DNA from: Octopus vulgaris
Taxonomy: Eukaryota
Assembly (NCBI GenBank): GCA_951406725.2
Contig: OX597820.1
Coordinates: 31,000,001-31,064,000, forward strand
Reading direction: 5' to 3'
Length of the DNA stretch: 64,000 nucleotides
Made by a program: the position numbers and the translations under genes. Shown here piece by piece: positions 1 through 12,309 of the stretch; the first letter of the stretch is position 1, and every line of letters begins with the position of its first letter. The notes beneath the pieces are model-generated. The model was not told where the DNA came from and ran no database searches. It was given only the letters and a program-made list of their open reading frames with translations.

Positions 1-28
1 AAGAGAATTCAACATAGCTGGGTTGTTT

Positions 29-90
29 GTGCACCTGATGAGTAAATTACACAACTGTGATGTAATATCATGAAATGATTCATATTGTAC
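29..90 (+). ncRNA. Degenerate minimal type I hammerhead-ribozyme-like motif (Penelope-LTR type)
   Basis: gtgcac-CTGATGA(35-41), stem II (attaca/tgtaat), GAAA(72-75), short stem III, ATA, ttgtac. AATAAA at 113-118. Confidence 0.5.
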
Positions 91-296
91 TCTGCTAAAT
101 ATATTATACTATAATAAACTCTGTAACTCTGGATTTCAATACTCCAATCTCATATATATACATATATACAAAACGATCACACACGCACGCATGCATGTTG
201 ACAGCTTTATTCAGTGGTTATGTTTACTTATTACTGGGGAGATGTTTTATTTGGAGATCCATACAACTGCATCCAGATTCAAACAATTTTATATTA

Positions 297-362
297 TGCT
301 CTGATGCATTTGGATACAACTGTGCTATTTTCTGGACGAAACATCTTGCAGGTTGTCAGTAA
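297..362 (+). ncRNA. Degenerate hammerhead-like motif
   Basis: tgct-CTGATGc...CGAAAC-atcttgcaggtt-GTC-agta followed by AATAAA. The core has C in place of A9. Confidence 0.35.
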
Positions 363-544
363 CCATTGAAATAAAACTATCACACTTTATTACTTGAAGA
401 TACCTTAGCCTTAAAACTAAGGAAAACAAATATACAAACACACACACACATACATATAGGGAGTAGCTCATTTTAACATGAATTGAAAATACAAATGTGT
501 TCTAATTTTCTTTTGTTTTGGGATAAGATTTTTCCATATTTGAG

Positions 545-586
<42 letters not shown>

Positions 587-2299
587 TTATGTTTATTTTC
601 CAAATGAACAGTAAAAGAAATATCCAAGAAATTTCAAGAAAATATGAAACAAATCTTAACCAAAAGAACAAAAGATAAAGCTGGAACACAATGGGATTTT
701 TCCATAGAACCCTTTAATCCACAGAAACAAGCACCCATGTGAATACCCACTAATTTACCTATACACACATAACCATCCGGTTAAAATCATGTATAATATA
801 TACATATACACAGAAGACTATCTGTCCTCACACATAGATGCTATCTGCCCTGTGAATCCATTATGCATATGTATGTGTGCGGGTCAGAAAAAACTGACCC
901 CTTCTCAAAGTTCCCTTCCTCCTGACACTCATTTCCCAATCAACCACAGTGCTACTACCCTAACCTTCCTTCTTTCATTCATAAAACAGCAACAACAACA
1001 ACATGAACACTCAGAAAACCCACTAAACAGGGACACCTCACAACAGATTTACAGACCTCACAACTTTTGTGTAAGGGTTAACATTAGACCATTGGAATGA
1101 CAACTTGAAAATCTGTAGTAATGTGTACATATGTATGCATGCATGTATGTATCTATGTATGCATATACATGTATGTGTGTGCGCATGTTTGAATAAAAGT
1201 CTTGTAAAGTGTGCGTATGTGTTGTTTGTATATGTGAATGTGTAAATATAATTTGTATAAGTGTGTTTATCAACATGTGTCCTTGTATGTATGTAATTAT
1301 ATGTTGTAGTTACATTTTCTCCCTACCCAGAACAGATAACCAAGGAGAGGGGAGCTAGACATGGGTAACAGACTTAACTAGGATAAGGACGAGGAGGAGA
1401 GAGAGAGAGAGAGATGACACATAGAAAGCAAAACAAACAAGGAATAATAGAAAATAGGGAATTTTACATTTTCATAATATATATATTGTGCATATATCAT
1501 ATATATGTCCCATATGTAATAATGTGTGTGTGCATGCATGAGATATGTGTGTGTGTATGTATATATATATATATGTGTGTGTGTATATGCTATATAAATT
1601 ATGTATACATATAATTATATATATTACGTATTTTTCATGTATATATATAAATATATATAAATGCATGTGTGTATTTATGTAAATGTATATATATATATAT
1701 TTTTTTAAATTTGTCCTTTTTTCTCATCATTGTTAGTTTTTCTGGAAGATTCTTATATATATGCTTTCATTGTGTGTGTGTGTGTGTGTATTGTTTCACA
1801 CTCTTCTCTCTACCATATAATTAAATGGACTTTGAAAAAAAACAGAGAGAGACAGAGTGAGTATATATAAATATATGTATACATAATTGATTGTATATAT
1901 ATATATATATATATATACTGTATTGATTGGCGGTGGTGTTGGCAACAGGGAGGAGGTGGGGTGGGAGATATCTAAAAGTTTCAAGGACAGAAGTGTTATG
2001 GAAAGAGGAAGGCGGGGGTGAGAGATAGGAATGTCTATCCAACTATTCATCCATCCATTCATCCATCCACCCACCCATCCATCCATCAATCCAGTCAGTC
2101 ATCCTTACCAACCAAAATACTCCATAATATCCGGCCGATACTCTCCTCTCCACATGTGCCCACTCCTGTTTGTTTATTGGTGAAATATAACTTTTAGCAA
2201 TCAAAATGATTTTGTGCATGCATGTATGTATGTACATGATGTGTGTGTGTGTGAGTGTGCGTGTGAATGAGTGTGTGCATGTGTGCGTGAGTGTATGTT

Positions 2300-3284
2300 A
2301 GTGTTGAAAAGCACTCCGACGCCACTGAGAAACCTTCCTTTCACTTTACATCATTATACAAATATAGTTCTCCAGTAAATTGAATCAAGTTTTGCAACAC
2401 ACACTCATCAACCCACCATCCCACTTGGTACAGTGGGTATCTTCAGTTATTTATATAGATATATATATATATGTATGTATGTATGTGTGTATGTGTGTTC
2501 GTGTATAGATGTTTATATATAGGAAAAAATATTTCAATGTTCTTTTCATTCTCCCTTTTTTAAATTTTTTTTTCTATTTCTTTTTTTTTCAAATTTTTCA
2601 AGAACCTGCCGCTCCCCACCAAAAAAACAAATAAAGAAAAAGTAAAACAAACAAACCAATAACAACGACAACAACAACAACAACAACAAACATGCGTTGC
2701 TGTAGCTGTTGAGGATGGAGTATTTTGTATACTGTTCGGTCTTTGTCCGTCTGAGGTGAGGGAAGGAGGCAGAGGAGGGAGTAGTATTAGTAGTAGTTAT
2801 AATTAATGTTCAACATTGGACAGAGAAAAAGAGAGAGAAGTGGGAAGAGCAAGGGGAAAAGGGAACAGTTTCTGGGGAACAAAAGTTTCATTTGGGGATG
2901 GGGGGAGGAGTGTTTCTTTTTATTTATTTTAATCTTTTTTAAATTTTTAAACAATTTTTTTTTTTCAGTTTTGTTTGATGCATCATTATTTAATATCAAT
3001 CCTTGTTATTATCAATTACCAATTGTCATTATCAGTGTTTTTTTTTTGCTTTGTTTTATCCTTTCATTTCCCCCAAAAGAGCGATATTTAAAAGTTTAGT
3101 TAGTGTCCAGGAAATTCTCAGTACTTGGTCGGTATTCTTTGTGAGAAAGGAAAAGAATAAAGAGCCGAGATAGAGATAGTCTTTCTCTAAAATCCTTGTT
3201 TGGTAGATCCGCCACATGATGGGAGAAGTGTCAGCAAGTGTTACAACAGAGGGGGCAGGTCTAGCGATGGGAGCAGAACGGAAC
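2300..3284 (-). other. Probable 3' UTR of the flippase gene (distal end not determined)
   Basis: Follows the stop codon and is largely free of interspersed repeats. Several minus-strand AATAAA candidates occur (for example near 2920 and 2175), none decisive. Confidence 0.5.
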
Positions 3285-3338
3285 TCACAGTCCTTCAGGC
3301 TTGGATTTTGTTGTGTCATAAGCGCGGATGAGCTCTGC
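3285..3338 (-). CDS. ATP8A1: ATP8A-like terminal coding exon AELIRAYDTTKSKPEGL*
   Basis: gtgactttgcag acceptor, phase 0, TGA at 3285-3287. 'IRAYDTT..KP' is the ATP8A C-terminal signature. Confidence 0.94.
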   Translation of the reverse strand, partial: AELIRAYDTTKSKPEGL

Positions 3339-3844
3339 CTGCAAAGTCACAAATAAATTGGTTAAATAAGTTACATAAATTTGATTAATCAAACACACTG
3401 AAAATAAGAAATAAGGATTTATGATAATTTCATTATTAAAGAATTTCATTTAAGCTCTTTTTAGATTCCGAATAAACCAATAAGCTGTTGGTAAGAGCAC
3501 ACACTGACAGTTTTTACCTTCACATCAGAATTTCCTGTAAATGGAGCCCTACTGGTAAACACTATATGATGTGTATCTTTTACCTTTTACTTGTTTCAGT
3601 CATTAGACTATGGCCATACTGGAGCAACTGCCTTGAAGAATATTTAGCCTGGTCTCTATTGGTTTCTTTGGCCAAACTGTTAAGTTATGGCAAAGTAAAC
3701 AAACTAACACTAGTTGTCCAGCAGTATAGGAGGGAGGGGGCAAACATAGACACAGGGACCTTCTGAGTTTGTACACTAATATACGTTATGTTGTTTGTTT
3801 TATTTACTGTACATTTTTTCATTTATTTTATATATATATAAAAC

Positions 3845-3997
3845 AGACTTCTTGCTGTTTCTGTCTACCAAATCCACCGACAAGGATTTGGTCAGCCTGA
3901 GTCTATGGTGGAAAACATGTCCTAAGTGCTGTGCAGTGGGACTGAACCCAGAACCATGGGGAAGCAAGCTTCTTACCACACAGCCACGCCACACCTA
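3845..3997 (-). mobile_element. tRNA-derived SINE family B (CORE-like); its 3' part lies at about 3580-3730
   Basis: Reverse complement of the family-B head 'ggctgtgtggtaagaagcttgcttcc...gggttcagtcccactg'. Many copies in the window. Confidence 0.75.
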
Positions 3998-4204
3998 TAT
4001 TCCTGTATGAGGAATTTAATGAACATGGAATGAAGTACTGAACACTACACACATGTCATATGTCAGAGACAGTTTGTAATTAAAAAGGGAATCACAATCT
4101 AAAAGTAGTACAGACTGAGTAAAATTTGGACAAAACAGAACACTGGTGGTGGATATTGTGTGATGTGCATAAGGAGTTTTATGAATATGGAACGGAATGA
4201 TGTA

Positions 4205-4552
4205 CATCACATGCATAAAAACCTTCTTTGGTCATAAATGACCATGGGATTGCATCTAGGAAGTTCCCCTCCAAGGCACAAGTCTGGGCAAGGTTGTTTA
4301 TGGAAGACCAGCAGTTGCCCATGCATACCAGCACACCATCTCCACACCACTGATGTTATCCAAGGGAAAGGCAAACGCTGATACAGCTTGGCACCAGTGA
4401 CATCATAACTCATTACCACAGGTGAGTGAACTGGAACAATGTGAAATAAAGTGTCTTGCTCAAGAACACAACACATAGCCCGTTCCGGGAATCGAACTCA
4501 CCACCTCATGATTGTGAGCCTGATGCTCTAACCACCAAACCATGTGCCTTCA
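4205..4552 (-). mobile_element. tRNA-derived SINE of another family, near full length
   Basis: Minus strand has an A-box-like 'tggtttggtggttagagc', a B-box 'gagttcgattcc', then the central 'gtgttcttgagcaagacactt'. Confidence 0.7.
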
Positions 4553-4594
4553 CATCACATGCATATTACACACACAACCCTAACCCCCCCCCCC

Positions 4595-4803
4595 AAATAT
4601 ATGAGAACTTGGCTGACAAGGCTCTTGTCAAGGGATGGCATGTGGTCTCATTCCTTATTGAAGTCAGCTAATGCAGCTTTCTTGCTGGGTTGGTATGCTA
4701 TTCCCTGCAGAAGATTGGTCTGGAATCCAAACAACTAAAGAAAGCCACCAAGGAGATAGGCATGGTAACTGGAATCAGTACAGTGCAGTGCAGCAGTGGT
4801 TGA
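4595..4803 (+). mobile_element. Decayed C-terminal fragment of an RLE-type (HERO/R4-like) non-LTR retrotransposon
   Basis: Translation YENLADKALVKGWHVVSFLIEVS*CSFLAG...LQKIGLESKQLKKATKEI resembles the 'Y..L......GW.....P.EVG.RGF' RLE tail. Contains an in-frame stop. Confidence 0.5.
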
Positions 4804-5487
4804 CAGGAGACAGCAGGTGGAACCCTGCCACAAGTAGAAAACAAATTCAATCATTGCTGCCCCACTCAGGTGAAGTATACAAACTAAAGAGTGACATGTT
4901 TGTGACTTGAAGATATTGGTGATGATACGGAAGGGTTTCTGACATTCAGATGGATTCAGAAGAATTGTTTTCAATGTATCTGAGTAGCTCCAGCTGTTTC
5001 TGCTTAGGGCAAGCATCTCCAATGCCTATTTCGCCAGTAGTGGAATGCCTTTTCCAAATCCAAGGCTAGATGTGAATCTTGAGCTACAAGGTCACTGATA
5101 ACACAATTTTAAAGGGGCAACGGTCTATGCTTACAGTATGCAGTTGTTTTTGTCCTATATCACCAACTTACAGCTAGATTGACTGAACTATTTGATAATA
5201 GGCACTCCAACTTACTAGAGAGAGAGAAAAAAAAAGCCTTTTGACTGATTATCTGGTAATCTATCCTAACACTCCCAGACCACAGTTCACCAGTTGCCAG
5301 AAACAGGTATCAGATAAATATAGTAATGTACAGACCAATACTACAATCATGAATAGGTACTTGATCGATGTTACCAACATACAGATCACAATCGGTTCAC
5401 CTAGCAAAAAATGTCTCATGAACAAATGGTGATGTAATGTTTATAAAAGTTACATTAATAATGACACCAATAACAAAATGATAAGGT

Positions 5488-5710
5488 TTAATCCTTTAGC
5501 GTTCAGATTACTGTGTCAAAAGTAATACTATTTATCGATATAGTTTTCAATTAATCATGCATTCTATTGTAGCTATGAGATCTCAACAATATGTTTATTT
5601 TTAGAATGACATTGTAGGATAAGTGTGAGAGGCCAGACCTGGCTGATTTGAAGATAATACAAATAGAATATTTGGGCCAGATATAGTTAGTTTAAACAGT
5701 AAAGGGTTAA
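5488..5710. mobile_element. TTAA-flanked (piggyBac-type) MITE, family D
   Basis: ttaa-tcctttagc ... gtaaaggg-ttaa termini. Homologous copies at about 17383-17598 (inverted), 18620-18838 and 46189-46407. Confidence 0.75.
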
Positions 5711-5771
5711 TAGCGTAAAATAGTATTTTACAGTTGTTAAATAAAGAAACTATTATAAAATGATTGCTAAC

Positions 5772-5815
5772 CTGTGGAATAACTCCATGTTCTTCTTGAG
5801 AAAATGCATACCCAT
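5772..5815 (-). CDS. ATP8A1: ATP8A-like exon GYAFSQEEHGVIPQ (autoregulatory GYAFS motif)
   Basis: tttttcttctcatag acceptor, gttag donor, 44 nt (phase 1 to 0). Contains the conserved G(Y/F)AFSQ motif of ATP8A/Drs2-type flippases. Confidence 0.95.
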
Positions 5816-5910
5816 CTATGAGAAGAAAAACAAAGACATGATAAATTTCATGACAGTGTGTGTGTGAGAGAGAGAGAAAGAGAAGAGAGAAAGAGGGAGA
5901 GATGAGGGAT

Positions 5911-6130
5911 ATCTATAACAATTATATCAGTTACAGAGTCATTTTAGCTAATTAAGAACACATAAAGACAGGCATAATCATTTTTTGTTTATTTGTAATT
6001 AGTACAGTCTAATACGAAATTAGATAAAAGACTGGTGCTATTATTAAGAAATAAACAAAAGTGACTATAATAGATTTTGTGTGTTGTTAATTAGCTAAAA
6101 TGACTCCTCTGTTATGTAATTATTTTAGAT
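5911..6130. repeat. Fold-back inverted repeat, about 220 nt
   Basis: gagtcattttagctaattaagaacacataaa pairs with tttgtgtgttgttaattagctaaaatgactc. Inner pairs are ttttgtttattt/aaataaacaaaa and cagtct/agactg. Confidence 0.8.
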
Positions 6131-9100
6131 TCAATACATGGCCTCAGGTGTAGTTAATTGCTAACAAATACAATTCTGAAATTACATATACGAGAGAGAA
6201 AGGGAGGAAGAGACAAAATACTTAACACAGTTTATAGCAATGTGTTGAAATTTTATGTTATGTTTTTATGACTTGTACAGTTAAATATGCAATACTTAAA
6301 AACTGGATTAAATAGAGAAACAGCAGAGCAACAACATCATTCAAAAATAAATTGAAGACAAGCAATAAAAACAATTTCTTACTTGCTTGGAATAAATTTA
6401 CCTGAAATGGTTAAAGTATTAAGGGGTTGGGAAGAAGGTGACTTGTGCAGGGGCAAGGGCTTAGTGTTACTGATAGAAGTCAACAGAAAGATTGGGGCTC
6501 ATGGAAAAAGTCTAATGAAAAGGCTGGTCTTAGGAGTTGAGAAAAACTTGGTGCCATGAGAGAAGGGGCTCCACACACACGGAGAAAGTTGGCTCCAAGT
6601 GTAAGAGGAGAGAAAAATGGTCTTAAAAATACATAGCTTAGCTAGGAATGGTGCATGTAGGACCTCTGTAGAGTCTTGTGAAGAGTGTACGTGATAATAA
6701 TCTTACATCAAAATATCTGGACCTACAAAGATGCTTTGAACATTCCTTTCAGCTATTATTATCATCATCGTCATTTAATGTCCATTTTCCATGCAAACAT
6801 GGGCTGGATGGCTTGACAGGAGCTGGTAAGACGAGGGGCAACACCAGGTTTCATAACCTGTTTTGGCTTGCTTTCTACAGCTGGATGCCCTTCTTAAAGT
6901 CAACCATTTCACATGGAACCATCACCAGTGCCTTTTACATGGCACCAGTACCAACACTTTTTATATGAGATCTTGGTTTTAGGATAACACTTCTGTTGTG
7001 GTGGGTGGTCTTTTTGAGTACAGCTATGTGCCTCTGTTATCTCCTTTGTAAGACTCAGTGTTTTGATACAAGAAGAAGTGAACTTTCTCAAGCAGTGGGC
7101 AATCCCAAGTATATACTCTTATAAAAAAGAACCCTCTTTGCTATTTAAAGCCTCTTTCCCTTACAATCTTAGTGGCACTTGGCAGCTCTCATCATACTGA
7201 GCTCCTCAATGAAATGCAGCTTTCACTAGTGGCCCTTATTTCTCTTCCAGCCATTACGGTAAACACCAGCCACAGTGGAACACTTACAGAGCTTGTCTAC
7301 CAATGCAGCTCAATGCAATGCTATTACAATTTTGATTTCTTTATAGATTAGTTTATGAAGTGGTTCTGTTGTAGCAGGTAAAAAAATGACATGAAAGTCA
7401 GCAGACACCAGCTCTGCAACTCACTTATTGGTTGGGACGTGACAGCTTTCTTAAGCCATGGAGTTCACACTCAGCTCTAGCATGATAGATTGACCACAAC
7501 TTAATTCAAGTTACCCAGTTTGCTAACTATTTCTCCTGTAAGTCAGCCATGCAACTTTGCAGATGCTCATGTAGCTACACACACAAATTTTATAAACATG
7601 TATTTTTTCCATCATTTTGTATAAATTTTTTATATAAATTCTCTACACTAACAAAGTTACACATGCTTATGAAGCTCAGGAAATATCCTTGCTGTATAAT
7701 GGCAAGTGGCCTTGTGGTTATGCCAATTATACAATTATATGATTGTAATTTTGGTTTGTGGACTGGCATCCCCTTATTGTAATCTCAGTCACTTACACCA
7801 CATGGAAATTGAGCAACCGACTCCATGAGTCCCAGGACTCAAGTCAGCAATGTCCAGGGAACTTATGTATGTGCACACACATACACACACAATCATGAAT
7901 TAAAAGTAGTGCTAGTGTTGTAAACATTATCAGCCACATATAATATGCGTTTTCCTTGTTCGCTGGTACACTGCAATATAGCATAGTGGGGATGACTCCC
8001 TCAAAGGACTGGGTGTTAAAACACCTGAAAGTCATAAACAGGTGAGACGACTTGTCCATAATCCCATTCAGGAGTAACAGATACCAATATTTTGCCATTT
8101 TTGTGGTTTATCAACATCATGGACCCAAATCAAACTGGGGGTTGAATCAAATTGCCTGTCTATATATGTAAGTAGTGTAAAACCACTAGCTGGTATGTTA
8201 TGATGACGCATACATAGGGAGAGTGACAGCTGAAAACAAAATCATAAATGTCAAGAAACCAAATTTAATATATAAAAAGACTCAAAACAGAAAATTAGTC
8301 TAAATAAATGAATTGACTATAAACAAGAGTTTATACATACATTATATATAATAACACATATTCATATACATATGATGAGCATTCAGTATACACATATAAA
8401 CATGCACAATATGCCTACATGCATTATATAGAGATATAACATGCGTAGTGTAGAAATATGATGCAACCTCGTAAATATACATAAATACATACATAAATAT
8501 ATAAATACAAATATCTGTTTCAATTTCTGGCACAAGGTCAGCAATTTCAGGGGAGGGGGGAAGTCGATTACATCAACCCCAATGTTTAACCGGTATTTAT
8601 TTCATTGATCCCGAAAGGATGAAAGGCAAAGTCAACCTTGGTGACAAATAATATAATATAAACACATAAATTTGTTGTCCCATTTTGAGATGGTAGGGAC
8701 TGGTTTGAGGAAGACATGACATCTGTTGATGTTAACAGCTTGAGCGACTTCCCAGAAGCTCTTGTATCTCTATAAGGGGGAAGAAATATATACTGTAGGT
8801 CAATTTGGTAATTGTGTTTTCCTCCTTGTACAAACTAGATGGGGTAGCTGAAATGGTGGTGATGCAATGGAAACTTTCACACCAGTTATACAGACCAACA
8901 AAATTGCATCCAGGTATCTGTCCACTGTTATCTATATGTTGTATGTCTGTTTGAGCAGCTCGACTATGACTACAAAACAATTATATATATACATGTGTGT
9001 GTGGTTAGGGAGCTTGCTTCCTAGCTATATGGTTTCAAGTTCAGTCCCACTGCGTGGCACTTTGGGCAGGTGTCTTCTACTATAGCCCCAAGCCGACCGA

Positions 9101-10723
9101 AGCTTTGTGATTGAATTTGGTAGGTGGAAGTTACTGCCATGTATGTATATGTGTGTGTAGGTGCTTGTGCCTCGCTGAAAGAGAGAGAGAGGGATAATGT
9201 GTGTGTATATAATATATGGATTATTAAGGTGGCTATTCGCAATTTACAACCAAAAGGCAACATGTATAGCTGTCACTGAAGTGATGGAGAGTGGTAGTCA
9301 AAACAACTCTTAGCCATGTGAGAGCGCTTGACCTATTTCTAGCAATGTTGGTGCTGACTAGCACCCTCTGTTACTTTAGTAATGACTATATATAATATGT
9401 ATATATACATACACACGTCTGGTGTCATGTAAAAAGCACACATGCCAGGGCCACATTAAAAACACCCACGCTGGTGCCAAGTCAAAAAGAACCCAGCACA
9501 CTTTGTAGATTGACTGGCATTTGGAAGGGCATTGAGCCATAGAAACCCTACCAAAACAGACAAATGGAGCTTGGCCAGCTCCTGTCAAACCTTCCAACCC
9601 ATGCCAACATGGAAAACAGGTGTTAAACGATGAAGATGATACAATGCAGGCATAGCTGTAAGGTTAAGAAGTCTAGTTCAGAACCACATCGTGTTTCTAG
9701 TTGAGTTCCGCTACATGACAGCTGAGATAATAATGCTTCTACTGTAACTCCAGGCTGAACAGTGCCTCTTGAATGAATTTCATAGATGGAAACTGTACAA
9801 AGTCCGTTGTGTGTGTGTGTAAGATTGATTAGCATTTCTCTTTCTCTGAAAACCACTGAGCTACAAGCAGTGATGTCAACCAATCAGCTGCTGGCTATGT
9901 GGGTTTGAAAATGAGTGGAATAGGCAATCTCAGACTTAAAAAAAAAATATATATATTAAAGGTTAGTGACAGGAAAGGGCATCTGGCAGTAAAACCATGC
10001 TTTAAAAATACAGTCATCTAATCCATGCTTGCACAGATAAATGGATGCAAGAAACAAACAAGTCTGTGTATGCCTATGTATTTATGTATGTATGAATGTA
10101 TAATATACATATAAAATCAGGAAGAAGAAGAGACATCAAGTTAGTAATTTTGGTAGTCAGCAAATTTACCCATCTGTGGAGTTGGTGCCTGTGCTGGAAG
10201 CTAAGTGGAGGAATTTATTAACAATCACCATAACATGACCATCATTCCATAGGAACAAGTGCCATATTTAATACTTTCATAAGGTTGAAATAACAATAAC
10301 AACAACAACTACAATAGCAACAATAATGATGATTTCTTATCCAAGTACAAAGACTCAGGTCTGTAAAGAAAGAGAAACAGAAGTCTTGTGGTGTTCATGC
10401 CTCTCCCCAAAGGCAAGAACTGAAGAGATTCCAAGACAGGAATTGAAATCACATTGCAGATGTAGATTACAGATTATTTATCGCTGCACATCTGCAAACA
10501 TCACAACAACAACATGATCATAATGATTAACAGACTTTATTATTATTTTTATATTTTTACTCAATTTCAAAACATTTTCAAGTCTTAACGCCAGCAGAGA
10601 GGTTACTAGCAAACATATAGCCTCATTCACACAGATCTATGTACCGCTTTTGATGGAATATAAGATGCAGTTCTTAAAAAAAAAAAAGTAAAAAGCACCC
10701 TGAGCCCTATATGTGAAGTTGCT

Positions 10724-10919
10724 TTAACCCTTTTAATACCAATCTGCCTGGAACCAACCCTGGTTCTATGACACAAATTTTCCATCAAAATTTCATGTTA
10801 ATTTATATTCCAAACACAAGCCGAATAATGACAATATTATGTTAATAAATTCCTTATAGTTTTCAGAATTGAGACAAATGAAGAGTATTTTAATAGAAAC
10901 ATGGTAACAAAAGGGTTAA
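10724..10919. mobile_element. TTAA-flanked MITE, family E
   Basis: ttaa-cccttttaatacca ... tggtaacaaaaggg-ttaa. Related copy at 61719-61940 and a partial copy at about 19190-19365. Confidence 0.75.
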
Positions 10920-12019
10920 AACATTACATGCTTTAATAACTTTTTTCTGAATATGTGCAACTGAATTTGAGGTGTTTGGTATGTCTGTGTGACTTTTATG
11001 CCATCAAATACGGTCTTCATATGAAGTTCAATTTCATATAAAAGAATAAGAAACACACACATATATGTATCTATATGTGTGCATGCCATTTCATTAACTG
11101 CTACATAGAATAAAATGAGGAAGACAAATAAAAAGGAGAGACTATAACATGATCAATGGAGTATCAGTCCAGGTAAAATTAAGAGAGGTCGTTAGTAATA
11201 GAAATAATAATAATAATAGTAATGATAATAATAATAATTTCTAAGGCCAGCAATTTTGGTAGGAAGGACAGAGAGAAGGATTTAGTCAATTACATGATCC
11301 TCTCTCTCCTTCCATACTTGACTGGTACTTTATTTTATTATCTCCAATGGATAACAGGAACAGTTGACCTTGGTGGGATTATACTCTGAATGTAACAAGC
11401 TGGAAGAAATGCTACTTAGCATTTTGCTCAACATGTTAATGATTCTGCCAGCTTGTTGTCCAAAGAATAATACATTTTATCCATGTTTTGTAGAAATAAC
11501 TTTGGTAAATGACAAAAAAATAAAAAGCCAAATATTTTATATATATATATAAAGAAACTATTTGCTAAATGATAAAAAAAAAACAAATTCAATATATATA
11601 TTAAAAATGAGTGATCTTTGTAGTAAGATGGATCTGGTGTTGTTAGAAGTGTTTTGTTATATTTCAATAACATGCATATGAAACTGCAGGAAAATGAGTT
11701 CTGTTTCTGATGCAACATGCAGATCAGACAAGCTAGAGAAATAAATAAAAATTTGAAAAGGAAGGAGAGAATTTAAAAAAAGAAAACCCACATGCACACA
11801 CGCAGAGAAATCAATGATGTTTCATGTTGATCTTTGATAATCTATTTAATGATTCCATTCCTACTACATTATCTGTGTTTTATATTCCAGTAATAGCTGC
11901 ATTAATGACATCGAAAGGGTTCCAGGTGTGTACACACATACCTATGTATGTTGTGTGCACTCAGTTGTATGTTAGTCTGAATTAAACCATTTGAAGAATG
12001 ACTAAACATATCTGCACAG

Positions 12020-12208
12020 TGACTCACCGAGGCTGAAAGCAACTGATAGTAACTAACAGAGATTGAAAGTGACTGACAGAAACTTACAAAAACCAACAAA
12101 AGCTGACACTGATTGTCAGAAACCAAGAGACTGACAATGATTAGCAGGAACCAACAGTGACTGACAATGACTGACAGTAGCTGACAAAGACAAACAGTGA
12201 CTGAGTCC
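12020..12208. repeat. Degenerate 10-bp minisatellite (GACTGACAGT-like)
   Basis: Periodic gactgacaga/aactgatagt/gactgacaat/gactgacagt units. Confidence 0.75.
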
Positions 12209-12309
12209 ATTTCAATGGAAACGAACCGGTTTTTAATTAGCTCAGTTTACAGAGAGAATTAGAACCTAAACATCTTCACTAAAATCTATACTTCAAGGCT
12301 GCTGTGACC

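Noticed and set aside
3056-3319. 87-aa minus-strand ORF over the last exon
   Set aside because: It is in a different frame. The conserved IRAYDTT frame stops at 3285.
4880-5100. Minus-strand LALDLEKAFH resembling an RT motif
   Set aside because: A single short motif with no supporting frame. At most a very old LINE scrap.
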